From: Cyanophora paradoxa CCMP329
Lineage: Eukaryota > Plantae > Glaucophyta
Direction of reading: 5' to 3'
NCBI GenBank assembly: GCA_004431415.1
Contig: QPMI01000525.1
Location: 1 to 64,000, forward strand
DNA: 64,000 bases
The translations under genes were made by a program, and so were the position numbers. Numbering within the stretch: position 1 is the stretch's first letter; each line of letters begins with the position of its first letter. This document shows positions 11,901 to 24,300 of the stretch, one piece after another. The notes under the pieces were generated by a model. The model was not told where the DNA came from, searched no databases, and was given only the letters and a program-made list of their open reading frames with translations.

Positions 11901-14900
11901 AAGCGCACCTCCTCTTCCATGAGGATGTTCTGCTTGAGGACGGGGGTCCCGTCTAGCACCTGCGCCCGGGGAGCGAACTCGAAATCAAACTTTGAGAGCA
12001 CTTATCAGAAAAGCTCCTTCGGGGGGCGCGCTCGCCCGCCTTAACGCCGCCGGACTCGGCATAGTCGATTATCGCTTGGAAGCTTACGAACGCTCAAAGC
12101 TTGAATTCGAGCTCCCGAGAAACGCGTTACCCGCCTAATGTGCTGGAAAGCTTGAAAGCTTGATCATGAAAGCTTAACGCTTGAATTTAAGCTGCTAAGA
12201 AACGCATTCGATGCCTATCTCTGGCTTTGTTTCGCGCGCGGACCTTTATGCCGCCCGACTCGGCACAGTCTCTTATAAATATATATATATATAACGCTTA
12301 AAAGAACGCTTTAAAAAAGCATAAATTGTAGCTTCGTTTTGCGCATGCGGACCTTGATGCCGCCCGACTCGGCGTAGTCGATGTCCGCGATGCGCTCCAG
12401 GGTGTTCCCGAGGATCGAGCCCGCCCCGCCCGACGAGACCTGGGGGGGGGGGGGGGGGGGGGGGGGTTGGGTAGGGGGCGGGGTGAGATGGAGGAGGGGA
12501 AGACAGAAGGCGGGGGAAGGGTGGGGGGAGGGGGGGGGAGGAGACTAGTCCGATGTGTTGGGGGGGCGGGGGGGGGGGGGGGGGGGGGGAATCGATGGAG
12601 GAGGGAGGCGAAGACTAGCCCGATGTTCCTCACGCTTCACGTAGATTGGGTGGGTGGGTGTGGGGTTGGCGGGGGGTGGGGAGGGGAGGGGGCAGGGGGC
12701 AAGGAACGCGCCTGGATGCCCCTGGCCTGGTCGTAGACGTGGTTGCCCTTCACGAGCGGCTGCGCCCCGTTGGCCACCGCGACGCCCGCCAGCCCGTTCT
12801 TGAAGATCTGCAGATCAAATCGAAGGCAAAATCAGCAAGGGACGCCCGGTTTTTAAGCTAAAATAAGCTAAGGACCTCGCAGGACTCGACGCGGCCCTTG
12901 CAGGCGTCGAGGAGGACGCCGGCGCCCTTGCCGCCGTGGACGCGGCAGCCCCGCACGAGGGGGTCCGCCCCCGCCGAGGCCTGCGTGCGTGTATACGCAT
13001 AGTTAATAGTATTCGATAGCAGCCAATAGTATAATAGCTATTAATAGTAGTTGATAGTATATTATTTAGTCGATAGTGCGTTGGGGTGTCCTTAGAGCTC
13101 GACAGCTACAAGGAAAGTAGTCTTAGTTCGAGCTGGGCCTGTCTGGTCTCTCTGACCTCGACCCCCGCCTCGCGGCTGCCCTCGATGTCGCACGCGTCGA
13201 GCGTGCCCTTCGCCCCCTTCGAGAAGACCACGCCCGTCTGCACGATAGGAGGAATTGATCGAAGAAAGAAAGAAAAAGACGGGAGAGAAGAGGGGCGAGC
13301 GAGCCTGTCCGCAGTTCTTGATGGAGCAGGCATGAAGCATTGGCTCCGTCCCTTCGCCAGAAACCTCCACGCCGCGCCTGCGCGCGCGTGTATAACAAAT
13401 TATAAGATCGCATCAATTAAGGCTTAAGCTAAGTTTGCGTAAAAACGGACCCGGCGCTCTCCACGAGGAGTCCGTCCAGAGCCGCTCGGCTCCCGCCGGC
13501 GATCCGGACCGCGGCGCCGGCGGCGGCGCCCGTGGCGCGCACGGCGAAGCCGCGGAGCGAGGGCGCGGCGGCGCCCTCGCAGACCAGCGGCGGGGCCGAG
13601 CCGCACTGCACGACGGCGTCCCGCGTGCCGGCCACGTGGACGTCCTTGTCCAGGGTACAGGATTCCTCGTAGGTCCCGGGGGCCAGGAAGACGCTCTGCC
13701 CGGGCGACGCCTGTGCGATCGCCTGCGCAGAGTTTAGTAGACCGCGGCCGCGGGCCCGGCGCGAGGCCGGGCCTGGGGGTACAGGTAGCGATATAGGGTC
13801 GAACGGACCTGGGAGAGGGTCTTCGAGATCCCGGGGAGTCCGCGAAAGTCCACCAAGATGCCTGCAGCTAAAAGAGTTAAAAAGGAAAGAATTAAGGGAT
13901 CGGCCGGAGCTAAAGAGTTTATAGATTAGAGCCTAGGCCTACGACATCATCTATCTCTAATTGACCGTATACGTATACGTAAGAAAGTGAAACCATCTAA
14001 GATGCCTGCAGGCACGCGATTCGTCATGACTCAGTGATCAGTAACATTGCAGTCACGTCGAGATCTAGAGCAATCCGCGCTCGAAGTTCGCGGGGAATTC
14101 GCACCGCCGCGGGCGAGGCACTGCCTGAGGAGCGGCCGCGCGCGCCGCCGCGCCGCCTCGAGCTCCCGCTCCCGCTCCGCGTGGGCCTTCACCTGCGAGC
14201 GAAGCAAGCGGCCGGTCGGACCCTCCCTCCCTCCCTCCTTTTAGATTCTTCAACTGAAGTTCCTCTGTTTCTCTATTATATTAGCGCTCTTGTTTAGCGC
14301 TCTTTGGCTGAATTTACATATTCTAAGGCTCCCTCCGCTCCTTCAACTGAAGCTCCTCTGTAGCTTGCGTATATATAGCTTTTAAGCTTCTTATAGAACT
14401 CCATCGCCAATAGCTTGCGCGCGCGCGCTCTCTCTCTCTCTGTCTCGCCCACACACACCTTCCCCGCCACCTCCGCCCCGGCGCCCTCGAATTCCTCCGC
14501 CTCCGCCGCGCTGACCACCGCCGCTCTGCGCGCGATCGCGAACTCAATTCTTCGCTTCGGATTCGATTTTTCGAATTCGTTTCGCGTACCCCGGGGAGAC
14601 GGCCTTGGCGAGGGCGGTGGCGTCCCTCGTCAGGGCGATCGCGAACCGGGGGCGCCAGGGGTACGCCTTCGCGAAGCGCGGCTCCTCTGCGCATACGAAC
14701 AGAGCCCCGTTAGATTCTAGTACCCCTTGCGGCCGACACGGCCGGCTCCGCGTCCCGGAGTCCGGTCTCACCCTCGCAGTGGCACTCGGCGTAGGATTTG
14801 GAGACGAGGGCGACCAGCGTCCGAGACTCCTTCAGCGCCAGCTGCCCCCGGTGGGGTAAGGAGCGGGGGGGGGGGAGAGGAGCGGGGGGGGGGGGGGGGG

Positions 14901-17900
14901 GGGGTTCGGCGCGCGCACCGCCACCTCGTCGGCCCAGATCTCGCCCGTCTCGGTGCCCTTGTCGTACCTGCGGCCGGCCCGTTCATTTCCGAGCTTGGGA
15001 GGGTAGGGCGAGGGGTGGGAGTGGGTAGGAGGAGGAGGGTGGGGAGGAGGAGGAGGGTGGGGGTGGGAGTGGGGGGGTGGAGGCGGGGGCGGGTTGAGGG
15101 GGGGGAAGGGGAGGGGGGCGAAGCGAAGGAGGAGGAGGGAGGGGAGGGGGCAGGTGGAGCCCCAGTGGGGCGGGCGGGCGGCGAACCACACGGCGAGGCC
15201 GGAGGCTTCGAGGCGGGCGGCGAGGCGCGCAGCCAGCTCCACGTCCTGCACCCCAAACAGTTGAGCGCGAGGGCTTCTTATTATAAAGCCCTATAATAAA
15301 ATCAAGGACTCTTGAATATAAGATTACAGGCCGACCTTGTGCGTGCTCGAGATGAAGGCCTCGTAGCGGTAGGGCGCGCTCCCCCCCAGCAGCGCCATCG
15401 GCGAGTCTGCCGGAGAGTTCGGGATCGCAGAAATGTTCGGGATCGAAGAAGAGTGTTCGGGATCGAAGAAAGATGTTCGGGATCGAAGAATAGAAGCACC
15501 TGGGGCGGCGCCATCGCCGATGCGGTCGTCGTGGAGGGAGTCCGCCCCCGAGAAGCCGTGCGGCTGGCCCTGGCCTTCGTTCGTGCCCGCGCCCGCCTCG
15601 GCCGATGCTGCGGGCCCCGATCAGCTATTAATAGCTATAGGCGACGGGGTACGGCGCACGGAGGCCGCTGCCGGCGGTGGCTGCGGCGGCGGCAGCGGCG
15701 TCGGCGCGCCCCGCGCGCCTGCCGGCCTCGTACGCCTGCCGCGCCCCTGGCCCTCGACGTCAGCGACCCTTCTCAAAGCTCCTAAGCTTATCTCCGCTAT
15801 TCCGATTCTAGAACTTCTTGGTTCGAGTTTCTTCGTTCCCAAGCGCACCTCGAGTTCTATATGCTATACACCTTATGCTCTTCTCAAAGCCTAAAGGGCG
15901 ATAGGCGATAGGCCTTCTCTCAAAGCTCCTAAGCTAGGCTTCGCGGGTCCGATTCTAGATTAGATCTAGATCTAGCTCTAAATGAGGTCAGATTCAGATT
16001 CAAGATCAGATCCTTAAAGCTTGCATAAAACAGCTTCTCGGAGATGGCTCAGTTGACACAATTGTATAACGCTTTATTCAGCTCGACTTCAGTCGTTGAG
16101 CTGAGCCAACGTCGCTGCGAACGCGTTTCCAGGCGCACGGACCTCGGCCCAGCGCTTTTCGGAGATGGCTTTAAGACTTTAAGATCTTAGACTCGTGACT
16201 CGTTGAGCTAGGCCAAGGTCGCTGGGCTAGGCTAGGCTAGGCTTCGCGCGGACCTCGACGCGGCGCTTCTCGGAGATGTCGAGGCGCGCCTCGAAGTCCC
16301 CCCTGAGGCGCTCCTCCTGCGGAGGAGGAGGAGGCCGCAGGCAGTCAGAGGAGGCGCGAAGGTCGGACAAGGGGAGGGTGGGTGGGGGGCGTCAGGGCCC
16401 GGCGGCCTCGGAAGACCTAGCGAGCGCTATCTCGGGCTTCTCTGGCTCTCTAGCGTTATCTAGATTGCTGCAGGCTGAAGCTAAGCCGAAAACGGATGTA
16501 CCAAAAAGGTCGCACCTCGGCGTGCTTGATCGTGAGATCCTGGACTTGCTTCCTCAGGTCCGCCAGGATCCGCCGCCACGCCTGCCCGGCCCGAGCGGGA
16601 GCGCGCGCGCGGCGCGAAGGTGAGCGAGCGGCTGTGATCGATATCGATCGAGTTTGGAGCATTCCTAGAGAGCGGTGCGGGGCGCGGCGGCGCCTGAAGT
16701 GGGCACCCCGGCCCAGGCGCCGGCTCAAAGGAGCCTTCGTATGGGGACGTACAGGCAAGGAAGAGGGAGCCGGAGGAAGGGAGGGGGGGCGGAGGGGTAG
16801 GGTGATGAAGGGGTACGGAGAAGGCGCGGGTGGTGGGAGGTGGGAAGGGGCGTGGGCGTCGGGCGGGAGGGAGGGAAGGCGGGGGAGTAGGGCAGACGAA
16901 GAGGTGGGGGGTACGGAGCTTAGAAAGGGGAAGGGGTGTTGGGTGTGTGTGTGTGTGCGGAGGAGAAGGTGTCGGAGGGGGTTAGGAGGGAGGTGGTACG
17001 CTCGAGGGGTGACTGGGGGCGGGGAGGGGGAGGGAGGGGGGGAGGGAGGGGGGCCGGGTAGAGAGAATAGGCAGAAGAAGGGGTGGGGTAGGGGTGGGGA
17101 TGGGGTTTGGGGGGCGGGGTGGGAGGGGAGGACCGGGGGGGGGGGGGGGGCAAGCGGGGGGGGAGCGGGGGGGCGGCGGGGGGATGTGGGGGGGAGCAGG
17201 GGGGAGCGGGGGGCGGGGGGGAAGGGGGCGGGGCGTCCCAGGCGCCGGCTGAAAGGATCATTCGTATGGAAGACGTCGGGAGAGGGTGTTGGGGGGTGAG
17301 AGGGGGCGGGGCGGGGAAGGAGTCGGGGGGAGCGGGGGGGAGGGGGGGGAGGGGGGGGGTAACGGTACCTCCTCGGAAATGCGGACGACGTTGGAGGAGG
17401 CGGTACTCTCTTCGTGCGCCGCCTCCGCCCGCCGCCGCGCCTCCTCCGCCCGCCGCTCCGCCTGCCCGCACGCGCCCGGGCCGCGCCCCGTCAGCCCAGC
17501 CAGAGAGCGAGTCCGCCTTAGCCGGCTCATTGGTCGCTAATTTCCTAAGTCCGGCTCGAAGCCCGGGTACAGGGCGCGGCGGACCTCCTCGGCGCGGCGG
17601 TCGGCGTCGCCCTCGGCCTCGAGGGCGCGCCGCTCGGCCTCGAGCGCCGCGTCCCGCCCCAGCCGCTCCGCATCCGCCTGCGGGGGGGGGAGGCGAGGGT
17701 CAGGGCGGCTCAGGGCAGCAAGCCGGGCAAAGGGGCGAGGAGCTGATTAGGGAGAGGGAGGTCTTCAGCAAGGCGTCCCCGGCTGTATGGCGCGAGGCGT
17801 CTCTTGCCAGACTGGTCCAGACTGGGGGGGGGGGGGGGGTGGGGGGGGGGGAATGGGAGGGGGTACAGGGATCGCACCACGGCGTCCTCGGCGCGGCGTT

Positions 17901-18373
17901 TGGCCTCTTCGGCGGCGTCCTGCGCCAGGCGCTCCGCCTGCCCGCCCGCGCGCCCCGTGAGGAGATCGAATCTCAGATCGAATTCGAATTCGGGATCAAA
18001 TGCGCACCATCTCGGCGCGCATCTCGGCCTCCTCGGCCCTGCGCCGCTCGCGCTCCAGCAGCGCCTTCACCGCCTCCATCTGCGCCGCGTGCTTCGCATG
18101 CGCCCGCGCCAGCGCCTCTGCGGCCGCGGCCGCGCCCTCCGATCCCGAGTCCGAGTCCACCTCTTTCGCCCGCTCCTCGGGGGCGGCCGGCGCCAGGCCG
18201 AGCTTCTCGGGCATAGATGCGATCGTGAAGCGACGGGACCCGTTCCGCGGCCTCACGGGGCTGCCGTCCCTGGCCGGCGGCTGCGGCTGCCCGTCCCCGA
18301 GCTCGAACGACCGCTGCCGCGCATCCAGCAGCCGATTCCGCGTCCTACTGTTCACGCCCGACGACGAGCTCAT
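8932..18373 (-). CDS. Coiled-coil - TIR domain - tandem right-handed parallel beta-helix (pectin-lyase-like) protein; roughly 30 exons
   Basis: Phase-compatible splicing joins E/A/R-rich coiled-coil exons to YEAFISSTHK|DVELAARLAARLEASGLAVW|YDKGTETGEIWADEVA|LALKESRTLVALVSKSYAECHCE|EEPRFAKAYPWRPRFAIAL (TIR_2 pattern, ~15370-14590). Two beta-helix units follow, each with an N-cap (AIAQASPGQSVFLAPGTYEE; VATAVQYASAGQ|TIYVAPGRY) and repeats such as IFKNGLAGVAVANGAQPLVKGNHVYD. TGA at 8934-8932. Some internal exons are uncertain. Confidence 0.8.
15416..15490. repeat. Intronic minisatellite, ~19-bp unit gttcgggatcgaagaa(n) x4
   Basis: Directly visible tandem copies inside the intron preceding the first TIR exon. 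Confidence 0.85.
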
Positions 18374-21300
18374 TTGACAGGCTCAGAGGATAGTAGCTGC
18401 AGGCTGGCTGCGTTGTAGCTACAACGTTAACACCGATGTCTTGTCGGGCCTGCAGCTGAGCCTGTTCAGCCCCGGAAACCCTGCAGGCGGCGTTTCGTTA
18501 ACAGAAGAAGCTGAAAACAAGCCTCACGCGGCTTCCCGATTGCTGAGCGAGCCGATCGCATGCGCACCGGTTGTCGATTCAAGATAAGGCAACGCTGCGG
18601 CGAGGCGCGCTTAGAAGAAGCGCCCAGATCAGAGCAAACACGCCAGGCGCTCACTGGGACGCACGATCGCTGTCCCCAAGGCACACCTGCTGTTAGCTAG
18701 GCCTAGGACTGGCGTACGCGTCGTGTGTTCGGGCGCCTGCCAGCCCACTTGGTGGCCGCGGGCTGAGCAATCTAACGAACAGCACGATGTGCTGCAGGCT
18801 ACGATGACGTCGACGCTAGCGCACGGCTCTGATCGACGCAACCGCTCGGGGGGGAAGCTGGAGGGGGGTAGTCGGACGGGCCCGGCAATTAAGCTCGGCG
18901 CGGCGCCGCCGGCCCGGCCCCGCGCGCGCTGCGCAGCTGCCGCCTCCCCGAGCGCCCCGTTTCGACGTCGACGCGCTCTTCTAGAACTGGCCATGGGTCT
19001 CGCATTGTCGTGCGCGCGCGATGACGTCGACGCGGTCGACGTCAGCTAGCGCTGGCGGTTTTGAGGGAGGGGGGGGGGGAGGGGGGGGGGAAGTTGGTGA
19101 AAATGAAGGACTTGAGAAGCATTTTCACTTCGAATTCTTCGGGCGGGGACCGTTCGGGCTGTTCAGTGCCGGCGCGTAGAAGGCTAGAAGCACGACGCAT
19201 GCCGCAGTGCGCGTCGTCGCGCGCGTAGCATGAGCAGCAGCAGATGGGCAACAGCTGCGGTCATGGCCACGCAAGCGCTGGAGCTCGGCCGCGGCGTGGC
19301 TCCCTTGGATCCGTCGCTGTGGGCTCGGCGCCTGCATCCAACGGCGATCTCATCCTCGCAAAGCCGGCTTCGATCGGATCGACATACGCAAAGTCAGCAG
19401 ATGAACCCCGGCGCAGAGGCGCAATCGATTCCGATGCGCACATCGACCCGCATGCATTTGCGAGCGCCCCGATCCAGCACGCCAGCAGCGTGCGGAGTTT
19501 GAAGCAACTGAAGGCGTCCCTGTCGGGGTCGCTGAAGGAGCGGTTCTTCCGTCACAGCGCCAGCAGCAGGGGTGGGAGCTCGAGCATGCAGCTCTCAATC
19601 TCCGGCTCAGCGGCGCTCAGTCTGTCTCCCAAGCGGTCGTTGCCGCCGCCTCCTCGAGCTCCTTCTCCCCGTTTCGAAGAGTTCGAGCTCGACGTCGAAG
19701 ATTCGTCGCTGATAGCTAGCGCTGATCATGATCATGCATATGCGAATTTGACTGGAGCGGAGCGCGGCGGGCCCGAGGCGCCGGCGGACGCGGATGGATC
19801 CGGAGGCCCAAGCATCGAGGTGAGCCTTCCGCAGCCCTCCAGCTTGCGTACGTACGCCCCAGCCCGCTCGGGCTCACGCGCCGCGCGCAGGAGCTGCTGG
19901 ATTCGATGCGGCCGGCAGTGCACGTCTGCGCGGCCCCCGAGGACGTCCCCGAGGCCGGCGCCGTCCTCGCCGAGCTGCAAGACACGTACGGCTTCCGCCT
20001 CTGGTTCGCTCTCGCCGGCCGCCGGTTCCTTACCATGGCCAGCTCGAGCGCGGCTGATCATGTCGGGCTATCCGGTGGCGTGCAGCGGCGCGGCGGGGCC
20101 CTGCGCCGCACCGGACGCGTCGGACTGCCCCGCGCGCGCGTTCCTGCTTGTCGCGCGCCCGGCGACGGCGGCGGACGCCGCGTGCATCGAGTCGCTCGAC
20201 GCGGCGGTGGACGACGGGCGCTGCGTGCGGCCCGTCTGCTTCGAGGAGCAGCGCGCGGCCGCCGCGGCCCTTCCGAAGACATTCGCCCGCCGCCTCGCGC
20301 AGTTCGAGGTGCCTTAGCCGCGATTTTAATTTGGCTTCGTTCTTCCTTTGAGCCCTGGGCGCCTCGGCAGTGGACGGCCCTGCCGCCGGGCGCCTCGCCG
20401 GCCGATCGCGACGACGCGATCGAATCGCTCGCCGCCTCTCTCCTGCGCGACGCGCGGCGGCCCCCGGGCGCCCCCGCCCCCGCCGGCCCCGACCTTCACG
20501 ACCTGCCGAAGGTGCGCACGTACTCCCTTTGAACTCGTACCCCCCGCGCTAACTTTCAACGCGCCTCGTGCACGTGGTCAGGACGTAGAAGGGGATCCCG
20601 CCCTTGCGGCCATTGTCCGGGTGCGCCTTTTCTCCTCCACGCTCAGCCGAGACCCCCGCCTTGGCTCGAGCTCGAACCTGCCCGGAGCCCCTAGCCTTCT
20701 GATCATGACTTCGAGGGCTTCGCAGTTTGCGCGACGGGAGCTGGCGGTCCCGCAGCCGCCCGAGCCCTACGTGCCCCCGCGGGCCGCGCGCCCCGCCTCC
20801 AAGGTGATTCGATCTGATTTGATCATGATTCCTTGCTCTGCCTGGAAAGAGATTTGATCCCGATCAAAAGGTGGCGACGGACCTTCGGGCCGAGGTCAAC
20901 GCTTTCCTCGCGGTGCGCGCGATTTATTAATTCGATCTCGGAGGGGCGGCCACGCAAATCAAAATTAAATCAAAGTTGGCCCCGTTGAAATCGGAGGGTA
21001 CAAGCACAGCTGGGCCCCCTAAACTCTCTTCCGGATCGCAATCGCGAGCTGGCCACGGGCTGAAACTCGCCCGCAGAAGCTCGAGCTCGCGAAAGGGCCG
21101 GACGGGCGCGCCCCGCACCACAAGGTCCTGCTCCTCGTCGGCGAATCGGGGTACGGCTTCTGTCGCTCGAATTCGATCCGAAATTTAAATTTGATCCCGA
21201 TTTGATCCAGGGCGTCCAAGTCGACGTTCCTCCGGCGGCTTCACCGCGAATCGTGCCGCGAGTGGGCGCAGCCGGCGGACGGCGGGGCGGGCCCCTTGAT

Positions 21301-24300
21301 CCCCCCGACGGTCCTCGTACCCCTCGACGAGGTCGCGGACGACCCGTCGGGGCCCCTCGCCGCCCTCCGGCGGCTCGCGGCGTGCAGGCTCGGCGTCCCG
21401 GCTGCCGCCCTCCCCGCCATCCGGGACCGGTACGCAATTTTCTCCTTCGGATCCTCGCGATCGTTCGTTCTCGCTCGCGATCGTTGATTTCTTTGCTTTC
21501 TCGCAGCTTCGGGCTGGTCCTGCTGCTGGACGGGTACGACGAGGTCGCGGGCGAGGAGGGGCGGATCGTGGCCGGGCCCATCGGGGACCCGAACCTGTGG
21601 CGGGGCGGGGACCTGGGCGCCTGGGCCAGCGGCGCGGTCGTCGCGTGCGGCTCGGAGCTCCGCTCGCGCCTCTCCCTCGCCCAGACCGAGGTGCGCATGC
21701 TTCGCGATCGTTTTGTCACTAAGCGGCCCTCTCAAGAAATTCCACGCGAGTCGTAAAACGCGCTCCGGGCCCGCCCCGTCTGACCTTGTCTGTACTCTGC
21801 AGGCGATCTTCGCCCCCGCGGACCGGGAGGGGGGCGCCGCCCGCCCCAACGGCCTCCTCCAGCTCACCGTCCGCCCCCTCACCAAGCCCGACGTGCGCCG
21901 GCGCCCAAAGCTTAAGCGGCCGACCTTCTTATCTTAAATTCGATTCGCGCTGCAACGAGCCCTTATCTGTGTACCCCGCCTCCTTCAGATCGACGAGTAC
22001 CTGGGGGAGTACGCGGAGCTGCACGAGGGGACCGACTACGCAATCCCCGCCGCCGAGTACGAAGCCCAGGTCCGTTGGCTTGTTTAAATTGACACCTTCT
22101 ATCGCTTGTTCTTTCTTTCTTTCTTTCTTTGAAGCCCAGGTCCGTATACGTATACGTGTACGTTAACATGTACATGGTAGATGGATGATCCGGGCCGACC
22201 TTATTCTCTAGATATAGATCTTTCTAGGTCCTTTGAATCTTTCTTTTGCCGCCTCCAGATCACTTTTTCCCTACTGGGCTTTCCGCATTTCGACCGTTGG
22301 ACGCGCTATCGACGGGCCCCAACGGCCGCACGGACTGTCTTTCTTTCTATGGATTCCCCTGCCGCCATTACTTCTCTTCACTTCGCCACCGCCACCGCCT
22401 CCTCCTCTTTCCTTTGATTTTACTTTCCCATTCCGGATCCGCTTCTTCTTCTCTGCCGCCACCTGCAGCTGACGCGCGGCAGCTGCGGCGGCGGACGGGG
22501 ACGGCGTCGCTGGCGCAGAACGGCCTCTGCCTCGCCATGGTCGCCCAGGTCCTTCCCGTTCTCTCCACCCGGTGCGCCAAGCTAAGCCTTACGGCTCGAA
22601 TGTTAAGCCTTTTCCCTTAAGCTTCATGATCATGATCATGATCAATTGCAAGCCTTCATCGCGTCCTTTTTCGAGTACATTCCAACTTTGTGTCTCAATC
22701 GTAATCCAACGCATTCTGCCGGCAGCGTGGGCGTGCGGGGCCTCTACAGACTCTTCCTCGAGGCCATCATTCGCCGCGAGGTGCGAATCCAAGCTTAAGA
22801 AAACTGGAACACAGCGCCGCGAACGTTGCCACTGATCATGACCAATCCGCTCACCCGTGCGCAGATCGCCCGCGCCGGCGGCGGCAGCGGCGACCGGGCG
22901 CGCCTGCTGCCCCCCTGCCTGGCCCTCTGCCGCCGCCTCGCGGCCGCGATGCTCCGCGACGGCCGCCGCCGCGTCTCGGTGCCCCTGGACCCGACCCGGG
23001 TCATCCCGGAGGAGGAGGAGGCGGGCGGAGATCCAGACGAGGCGGGGCGGGCGCTGTGCGGGGGGGCGGGCCCCGCGCTGCGCGAGCTCTGCCCGCTGCG
23101 CCGCTGGCGGGCCCGCGGGCGCCTGGTCTTTGCCTTCTCGCACCCTTCTTTTCAGGACTTCTTCGCCTCCGAGGCCCTCCTCCAGTCGGTGCGCGCGTCA
23201 CAAACGTACACGTGCGAATCCCTTTTGTGCTTACTTGGATTTGGCTCTTCTCGCAGCTCGTGCCCGACGGCAACCCTAGGCCTGAGGGCACGGGTGCGGA
23301 GGAACGGGGCGCGTACATCTCAGCTCGGTCCGCCCCCTATGCCTTTTGCTTCCCGCCCTTCTCCAGGGCTTAAGGGGGCACCCCCGGCCCTTCGCGCAGC
23401 CTCTGGCGGGGCGGCTCGGCGCTCGTGCGGTTCCTCGCGGACGCCATCCAGACAGAGGGCCGCCCCGGCGTCGCCTCGGTCCGTCCATCCGCGCTTTAAA
23501 TCTACCGCTGCGCTTCGAAGTCGAAGACAGCGTCTGACGTGCACACGCCTCGCCAGTCTCTGTTCGCGCTGGTGATGGCGAGCCGCGAGGCGGGCGGCTC
23601 GGCCGTGGCGGCCGCCAACGCGGCGACGGTCCTCGCGGCCGCCGGCGTGTCGCTGGCGGGGCGGGCCCTGCGGGGCGTGCGCATCGCCGGCGCATGCCTC
23701 CGCCGCCTGGAGGCGGCGGGGGCCGACCTGCAGGGGGCCGACCTGACCGGATGCGACCTGACGGGCGCCAACCTCGCCGGGGCCGACATCCGCGGGGCCA
23801 AGCTGGAGGACATAAACTACGGGATTACGCCCCCGTTTCAAGTCGCCTGCCCGCCAAACGCCCTCTCCGCGTCGGCGAACGGGCGGCGCCTGGCGGCCAC
23901 GTGCCGCGACCGGCGGATCCGCGTCCTGGATGGCGTTACGGGGGCAAAGCTCACGGCGTTGGGCGGGCCCGACTCGGGATGGAAGGCGCTGGGGCCAGTC
24001 GCCCTCTCGTCGGTGCGGCGACGCCGTCATTTCCTTAAGCGTGTACGTGTTCAGCGGTGCCTGACGACGCGGGGCCTCAGGACGGGCTCCGCCTCGCCTC
24101 GGCCGTGGTGGCGGCCGACGGCTCCGTCTCGGCGAGGATCTGGGACGCCCAGACGGGGGCCGACGTCGCCGTCCTCGACCGCGACCCGACGGGCACCGAG
24201 GGGCCCGCCGCCTGCGTCGCCCTCAGCGAGGTGACAGGCTTCGAAAATGGATTCGCGTGAAACCGCGCTAATTTTGGGGCAGGACGGGTCGCGGGTCATG

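Noticed and set aside
15416-15490. Short direct-repeat arrays here and at 63405-63552 as possible CRISPR
   Set aside because: No unique spacers of consistent length, intronic location, no cas genes, eukaryotic context.
19840-19900. Apparent frameshift in NLR copy B relative to copy A
   Set aside because: It falls inside a GTGAG...CAG phase-0 intron (19820-19890) present in both copies.
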